This document shows positions 33,639 through 38,474 of a DNA stretch of 38,474 nt, one piece after another; the stretch's first letter is position 1, and each line of letters opens with the position of its first letter. Location of the stretch: IMG/VR virus record IMGVR_UViG_2778261226_000006. One strand, 5' to 3'. This stretch comes from a virus (lineage: Duplodnaviria; Heunggongvirae; Uroviricota; Caudoviricetes). The notes beneath the pieces are model-generated. The model saw only the letters and a program-made list of their open reading frames with translations, did not search any database and was not told where the DNA came from. Made by a program: the position numbers and the translations under genes.

Positions 33639-34735
33639 ATTTCAGCTCTGAACTGCTTAACAAAGGCAACAAAACTCCCGCATTCAGCATCAGTATTGAG
33701 GGCAGGGATATCACCACTGTGCTGGATAACCGCCTGATGAGTTTGACGCTGACGGATAACCGGGGCTTTGAAGCGGACCAGCTTGATCTGGAGCTGGATG
33801 ACGCTGACGGAAAAATCGTGCTGCCGCGCCGTGGTGCGGTTATTACGCTGGCGCTGGGCTGGAAGGGGCAGCCGCTTTTCCCGAAAGGGGCATTCACAGT
33901 GGACGAGATTGAACACACTGGCGCACCGGACCGCCTGACTATCCGGGCGCGAAGTGCTGATTTTCGGGAAACGCTGAATACCCGCCGTGAAAAGTCGTGG
34001 CACAAGACCACGGTCGGGGAAGTGGTGAAGGAAATAGCCGCGCGGCACAAACTGAAGATGGCACTGGCTAAAGACTTGTCGGATAAACCCGTGGAGCATA
34101 TAGACCAGACTAATGAGAGTGACGGCAGTTTTTTGATGCGGCTGGCGCGCCAGTACGGTGCTATTGCGTCGGTGAAAAATGGCAATCTGTTATTCATCCG
34201 GCAGGGACAGGGTAAAAGTGCCAGCGGTAAACCACTACCGGTGATCACTATCACACGTAAGGATGGCGACAGTCACCGCTTTACCCTGGCAGATCGCGGA
34301 GCCTATACGGGCGTAATTGCCAGTTGGTTGCATACCCGCGAACCCGCGAAGAAAGAAAGCACAACGGTGAAGCGTAAGCGCAGGACTAAGAATCGGAAGA
34401 AAGAGCCGGAAGCGAAGCAGGGCGATTACCTGGTGGGTACGGATGAAAACGTGCTGGTACTTAATCGCACTTATGCCAACCGGAGCAACGCTGAACGGGC
34501 AGCGAAAATGCAGTGGGAACGCCTGCAACGCGGCGTTGCGTCATTCTCGCTACAACTGGCGGAAGGTCGGGCAGATCTCTACACGGAAATGCCAGTGAAA
34601 GTCAGTGGCTTTAAACAGCCGATAGATGATGCGGAATGGACTATTACCACCCTGACGCATACTGTCAGCCCGGATAACGGTTTTACGACCAGTCTGGAGC
34701 TTGAAGTGAAGATTGATGATTTCGAAATGGAATGA
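33635..34735 (+). CDS. D: Tail/late control protein D
   Basis: 366 aa, gpD family (…RVMSLTLTDNRGFEADQLDLELDD…). Confidence 0.9.
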   Translation: MNFSSELLNKGNKTPAFSISIEGRDITTVLDNRLMSLTLTDNRGFEADQLDLELDDADGKIVLPRRGAVITLALGWKGQPLFPKGAFTVDEIEHTGAPDRLTIRARSADFRETLNTRREKSWHKTTVGEVVKEIAARHKLKMALAKDLSDKPVEHIDQTNESDGSFLMRLARQYGAIASVKNGNLLFIRQGQGKSASGKPLPVITITRKDGDSHRFTLADRGAYTGVIASWLHTREPAKKESTTVKRKRRTKNRKKEPEAKQGDYLVGTDENVLVLNRTYANRSNAERAAKMQWERLQRGVASFSLQLAEGRADLYTEMPVKVSGFKQPIDDAEWTITTLTHTVSPDNGFTTSLELEVKIDDFEME

Positions 34736-34825
34736 TTCTTCGCAATGGAGAACTTTTAAGTTTTCAAAATGGAATAATGCGGTATCATTATTGTGAATTT
34801 AGCAAAAATGGGGAGAACTCGAAAA

Positions 34826-35044
34826 ATGATGATTTGCCCACTGTGTGGAAGTGCCGCCCATACTCGCAGCAGTTTTCAGGTATCTTCATTGACCAAAGAG
34901 CGTTACAACCAGTGCCAGAACATTAACTGCAGCCATACTTTTGTTACCCATGAAACTTTTGTTCGTTCGATTGCAACGCCAAAAGAGTCAAATCCGGTTC
35001 AGCCGCATCCAATGAAATCAGGACAGGTGGCGCTCTCTCTTTGA
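34826..35044 (+). CDS. ogr: Late gene transcriptional activator (Ogr / 186 B family zinc finger)
   Basis: MMICPLCGSAAHTRSS...KERYNQCQNINCSHTF parallels P2 Ogr (CPLC...KERYHQCQNVNCSATF). Confidence 0.88.
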   Translation: MMICPLCGSAAHTRSSFQVSSLTKERYNQCQNINCSHTFVTHETFVRSIATPKESNPVQPHPMKSGQVALSL

Positions 35045-35045
35045 C

Positions 35046-35059
35046 TCTGCCGCCATTTT
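35046..35059 (+). repeat. 14-bp direct repeat copy 1 (TCTGCCGCCATTTT)
   Basis: Exact repeat of 35621-35634. It begins 2 nt after the ogr stop. Confidence 0.7.
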
Positions 35060-35112
35060 TTCACCATTGCTAAAAACAGTGATTCTAAAAATCATTGTTT
35101 TCGAATAAGTGC

Positions 35113-35604
35113 CTAGCATCCGATAAGGTCGTTTGCTTCAAACTTTGGCAAATGATACTCATTTGCCAAATGTTCGTTATCTTTGTTATTTTTTAAATAT
35201 TTGTATTTTAATGTATTTTTATCTTCATTGTATGATAATAAAGCTTCCCCGATAGGAACATCACGCCACCCTATTTGAATGCAAAGAAGGATAGTGACCT
35301 GCCCTTTATGGTTTAGCTTACCCGAGAATGTAAAGGTGCATTTCTCTTCATCAAGGCTTGTTGATGAACAGTTAGTGATAGTCCCTGCCAAATTGCCGAC
35401 GACATCTGATGACTCAATTTTTATGCTTATTATATTCTCATTATGGTTGCGAATATCACCAACATTGTTCCAGTTTTTTGAGACTAGAAGCTCAATAATT
35501 CTTTTTTTCTTAAGGCGTTTTACTTCCTTTGCCTGTGGTGAGTATAAGAGGTATGCGGGTATGCCTGCTACAATTGCCAGCACAGCTAATATAATGGTAA
35601 CCAT
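35113..35604 (-). CDS. AT-rich single-pass membrane protein (163 aa), unknown function
   Basis: AAGGA lies 6 nt before ATG 35604. The N-terminal TM is VTIILAVLAIVAGIPAYLLY and the C-terminal part is beta-rich. It is bracketed by 14-bp direct repeats. Confidence 0.65.
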   Translation of the reverse strand: MVTIILAVLAIVAGIPAYLLYSPQAKEVKRLKKKRIIELLVSKNWNNVGDIRNHNENIISIKIESSDVVGNLAGTITNCSSTSLDEEKCTFTFSGKLNHKGQVTILLCIQIGWRDVPIGEALLSYNEDKNTLKYKYLKNNKDNEHLANEYHLPKFEANDLIGC

Positions 35605-35620
35605 CTGAAGTCCTTGTTCT

Positions 35621-35634
35621 TCTGCCGCCATTTT
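35621..35634 (+). repeat. 14-bp direct repeat copy 2 (TCTGCCGCCATTTT)
   Basis: Exact repeat of 35046-35059. Confidence 0.7.
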
Positions 35635-35699
35635 GCCGCCAAAGATAAGTAAAGTAGTTTCTAACTTATTGATTATGGAATGGAAGAATAGCAGGCAAC

Positions 35700-35742
35700 A
35701 AAAAACCCATCAACCTTGAACCGAAATGGCGGGGTTGATGGG
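35700..35742 (-). terminator. Rho-independent terminator of ybjL
   Basis: On the minus strand: CCCATCAAC-loop-GTTGATGGG followed by TTTTTT. Confidence 0.7.
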
Positions 35743-35854
35743 CTCCACAAAATGGGGACATCAAAGAAAAGCAGTGGCACTAATTAAGACTGATGCCCTG
35801 CGGAAAAGTTCTGCGGTTGTGCAAAAAAATTTCATTTTCAGGGCAACTTCAGTT

Positions 35855-37540
35855 TTATCCTAATCCTGGCCATACCATGACGATGATTGTCCCTGCCAGC
35901 GTCAGCAGGACGTTGGCGATTGCGTAGGTGCCCGCATAGCCCAGCGCAGGGATGTTACTGCGAGCTGTATCACTGATGATCTCCATTGCCGGCGCGCAGG
36001 TGCGTGCGCCCATCATTGCGCCGAACAACAGTGCGCGGTTCATTCGCAATACATAAGCACCGAACAAGAAACAGATAACCACGGGCACAAGACTGACAAT
36101 TAATCCGGCAATCAACATCTGACCGCCAATCGCGCCCAGGCCGTTATTAATACCGCTACCGGCGCTCAGACCAACGCCTGCCATAAACACCATCAAGCCG
36201 AACTCTTTCACCATGCTTAATGCACCTTGCGGAATGTAACCGAAGGTCGGGTGGTTAGCACGCATAAAGCCCAGCATAATTCCGGCGAATAACAACCCGG
36301 CAGCGTTCCCCATGCCGAAACTGAATGTGCTGAACTGGAAGGTGATCATCCCGATCATCAGCCCAATAACAAAGAAGGCGCAAAATGCCAGCAGGTCAGT
36401 GACCTGGCTGTGAATCGAGATAAAGCCGATGCGATCGGCGATGGTTTTTACGCGACGGGCATCACCGCTGACTTGTAAAACGTCACCTTTGTTAAGCACG
36501 ACGTTGTCATCTATCGGCATCTCAATCTGGCTACGAATGACGCGGTTAAGGAAGCAACCGTGATCGGTCAACTTCAGTTGTGCGAGACGTTTACCTACAG
36601 CGTTATGGTTTTTAACGACCACTTCTTCAGTGACGATACGCATGTCGAGAAGGTCACGATCGAAAACTTCTTTACCGTTACGGAAGCTGGGATCGAGTCG
36701 GGCATGGGCGTCGGGATAGCCTACCAACGCTATTTCATCGCCCATTTGTAGCACGGCATCACCGTCTGGATTTGCCAGAATCCCGTTACGTCGAATACGT
36801 TCAATGTAGCAGCCGGTTTGTCGATAAATACCCAGTTCACGCAGATTTTTGCCGTCGGTCCAGGCCACCAGCTCCGGGCCGACGCGATAGGCGCGGATCA
36901 CCGGTAAATAAACCTTACGGTTGGCATCAGTGTCCAGGCCACGTTCGCGGGCGATTTGCTGGGCGCTGGTCTGTAAGTCCTGATGCTGCAATTTCGGCAA
37001 GTAACGCGCACCAACAATCAAACTCACCAGACCGATTAAATAGGTTAAGGCATACCCGAGGCTCAGATTATCCAGTGCCAGTGAGAGCTGCCTGCTTTCC
37101 ATGCCGAAATGACGCAGTGTATCGCCAGCACCGACCAGAACCGGTGTCGACGTCATAGAGCCTGCTAACATACCGGCCGTCAGGCCAATATCCCAGCCAA
37201 ACAGCTTACCTAACCCTAAGGCGATCACCAGCGCACTGCCAACCATCACCAGTGCTAACATTAGGTAATTTTTCCCATCGCGAAAAAAAATGGAAAAAAA
37301 GTTCGGTCCGGCTTCGACCCCGACGCAGAAAATAAACAGCATAAAGCCAAGATTAAGCGCATCGGTGTTAATGCTGAAATGTTGTTGGCCTAATAACAGC
37401 GATACGACTAAAACGCCAATGGAATTACCCAGTTGGATCGAACCAAGTCGTAACTTTCCGAGACATAGCCCAAGCGCGAGGACCACAAATAATAACAGAA
37501 TGTAATTCCCATTTAACAATTCGGCGACGTTTATATTCAC
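35855..37540 (-). CDS. ybjL: Putative AAE-family transporter YbjL (two membrane domains plus central RCK-C/TrkA-C domains)
   Basis: 561 aa beginning [33 protein letters not shown]..., recognised as E. coli YbjL. Confidence 0.95.
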   Translation of the reverse strand: MNINVAELLNGNYILLLFVVLALGLCLGKLRLGSIQLGNSIGVLVVSLLLGQQHFSINTDALNLGFMLFIFCVGVEAGPNFFSIFFRDGKNYLMLALVMVGSALVIALGLGKLFGWDIGLTAGMLAGSMTSTPVLVGAGDTLRHFGMESRQLSLALDNLSLGYALTYLIGLVSLIVGARYLPKLQHQDLQTSAQQIARERGLDTDANRKVYLPVIRAYRVGPELVAWTDGKNLRELGIYRQTGCYIERIRRNGILANPDGDAVLQMGDEIALVGYPDAHARLDPSFRNGKEVFDRDLLDMRIVTEEVVVKNHNAVGKRLAQLKLTDHGCFLNRVIRSQIEMPIDDNVVLNKGDVLQVSGDARRVKTIADRIGFISIHSQVTDLLAFCAFFVIGLMIGMITFQFSTFSFGMGNAAGLLFAGIMLGFMRANHPTFGYIPQGALSMVKEFGLMVFMAGVGLSAGSGINNGLGAIGGQMLIAGLIVSLVPVVICFLFGAYVLRMNRALLFGAMMGARTCAPAMEIISDTARSNIPALGYAGTYAIANVLLTLAGTIIVMVWPGLG

Positions 37541-37809
37541 GGAGGCTAACTTCTTGTTTACTAGTAAGCTGTTGAAAGAAATGGTAATTTACGATAATGT
37601 TTTTTACCAGAATTCAGGGCGCAGATTCATTCAGCGCACCTAAACGATAGTAAAGTAACAATATATTTTACTAGTGTAATCACATTAGGTATCAACGGCT
37701 ATATGAATTGCGTTGGCCTATATTAGCATGGAATGCGAAGCGGCTTTATCTTACTGAACGCCACACTGGCGAAAAATGTGTTCGATAGACGCAGTGTCAG
37801 GAGGAACGA

Positions 37810-38187
37810 GTGAAACATAAACAACGTTGGGCGGGGGCAATCTGCTGTTTTGTCCTCTTCATTGTGGTGTGCCTTTTTCTGGCGACGCACATGAAAGGCG
37901 CTTTTCGGGCTGCCGGGCATCCTGAAATCGGCTTGCTATTTTTCATTCTTCCTGGAGCAGTTGCCAGTTTCTTTTCACAGCGTAGAGAAGTCCTGAAACC
38001 TCTATTTGGCGCAATGCTGGCGGCACCCTGTTCAATGCTCATTATGCGGCTGTTTTTTTCACCGACGCGCTCATTCTGGCAAGAGCTGGCATGGTTACTA
38101 AGCGCGGTGTTCTGGTGTGCGCTGGGGGCACTGTGTTTCTTATTTATCAGTAGTTTGTTTAAACCACAGCACAGAAAAAATCAGTAA
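37810..38187 (+). CDS. ybjM: Inner membrane protein YbjM
   Basis: 125 aa with about 4 TM helices. GTG start after GGAGGA. Its position between ybjL and grxA matches E. coli K-12. Confidence 0.88.
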   Translation: MKHKQRWAGAICCFVLFIVVCLFLATHMKGAFRAAGHPEIGLLFFILPGAVASFFSQRREVLKPLFGAMLAAPCSMLIMRLFFSPTRSFWQELAWLLSAVFWCALGALCFLFISSLFKPQHRKNQ

Positions 38188-38206
38188 AGCCCTCAACGCG
38201 AGGGCT
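38188..38206. terminator. Bidirectional hairpin between ybjM and grxA
   Basis: AGCCCTC-aacgc-GAGGGCT lies between the convergent stops. Confidence 0.55.
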
Positions 38207-38216
38207 TGTCAGACGA

Positions 38217-38474
38217 TCAGGCGTCCAGATTTTCTTTCACCCATGCAGCAAAATCGGTATAGCCGCCGATATGTTGCTGATCGACAAAAATCTGCGGCAC
38301 GGTTTCTACGGGTTTACCTGCCTTTTGTTGTAGATCTTCTTTAGTGATCCCTTCCGCACGAATATCTACATACTGATACTGAAAATCATCGCGTTCATTG
38401 CTCAATTTCTCAGCCAGATCTTTTGCACGCACACAGTAAGGGCAACCCGAACGACCAAAAATAACGGTTTGCAT
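38217..38474 (-). CDS. grxA: Glutaredoxin 1
   Basis: MQTVIFGRSGCPYCVRAKDLAEKL... carries the CPYC active site and is 85 aa. The ATG sits at the last bases of the window. Confidence 0.97.
   Translation of the reverse strand: MQTVIFGRSGCPYCVRAKDLAEKLSNERDDFQYQYVDIRAEGITKEDLQQKAGKPVETVPQIFVDQQHIGGYTDFAAWVKENLDA

Larger units (their letters stand above)
1..35059. mobile_element. P2/186-family temperate prophage, near complete (int ... ogr); left att site is outside the window and the right boundary is uncertain (35059 or 35634)
   Basis: Gene order is collinear with P2: int-repressor-switch-A | cos | Q P / O N M L X lysis R S V W J I H G FI FII E T U D ogr. Chromosomal ybjL-ybjM-grxA follow on the right. 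Confidence 0.9.

Noticed and set aside
1-38474. Scan for CRISPR arrays, tRNA/rRNA genes, IS elements and REP-type repeats
   Set aside because: I saw no regularly spaced direct repeats, no cloverleaf-like tRNA sequence at the prophage ends within the window, and no transposase ORFs or terminal inverted repeats.

Overview
The window holds an almost complete P2/186-family temperate prophage of about 35 kb, followed by E. coli-type chromosomal genes ybjL, ybjM and grxA. The integrase stop codon is at window position 1, so attL lies off-window. The backbone is collinear with P2. It runs int, a 186-like cI / apl-like / cII switch, a fil-like gene, small early ORFs, a TraR-like zinc finger and Dam methylase. 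Next come a possible TGT/DpdA-like ORF, replication nickase A, and a LexA-boxed tum-like plus DinI-like SOS module. After a 186-like cos site come Q-P / O-N-M-L-X, a lysis cassette, R-S, V-W-J-I-H-G and FI-FII-E/E'-T-U-D-ogr. Non-backbone cargo sits at four positions. (i) A visibly AT-rich block flanks cos. On the right-end side is a single-pass membrane protein (8965-9576). On the left-end side is a four-part retron-type locus (9826-12229): a HEPN-like 174-aa ORF, a 247-aa ORF with a winged-helix-like tail, an extended -10 promoter with an msr/msd ncRNA (12-nt a1/a2 repeats, 16-bp perfect msd hairpin), and a 325-aa YADD reverse transcriptase. (ii) A Gin/Cin/Hin-type invertase with a roughly 1.9 kb invertible tail-fibre segment occupies the Z/fun position. 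(iii) An ATPase-domain-only paralogue of the large terminase is translationally coupled between P and Q. (iv) An AT-rich membrane-protein ORF flanked by 14-bp direct repeats follows ogr. The retron locus with its unrecognised accessory pair is my top candidate for an undescribed defence system. The terminase paralogue is second. All homology statements come from reading the translations and from recalled family motifs; no searches were run.
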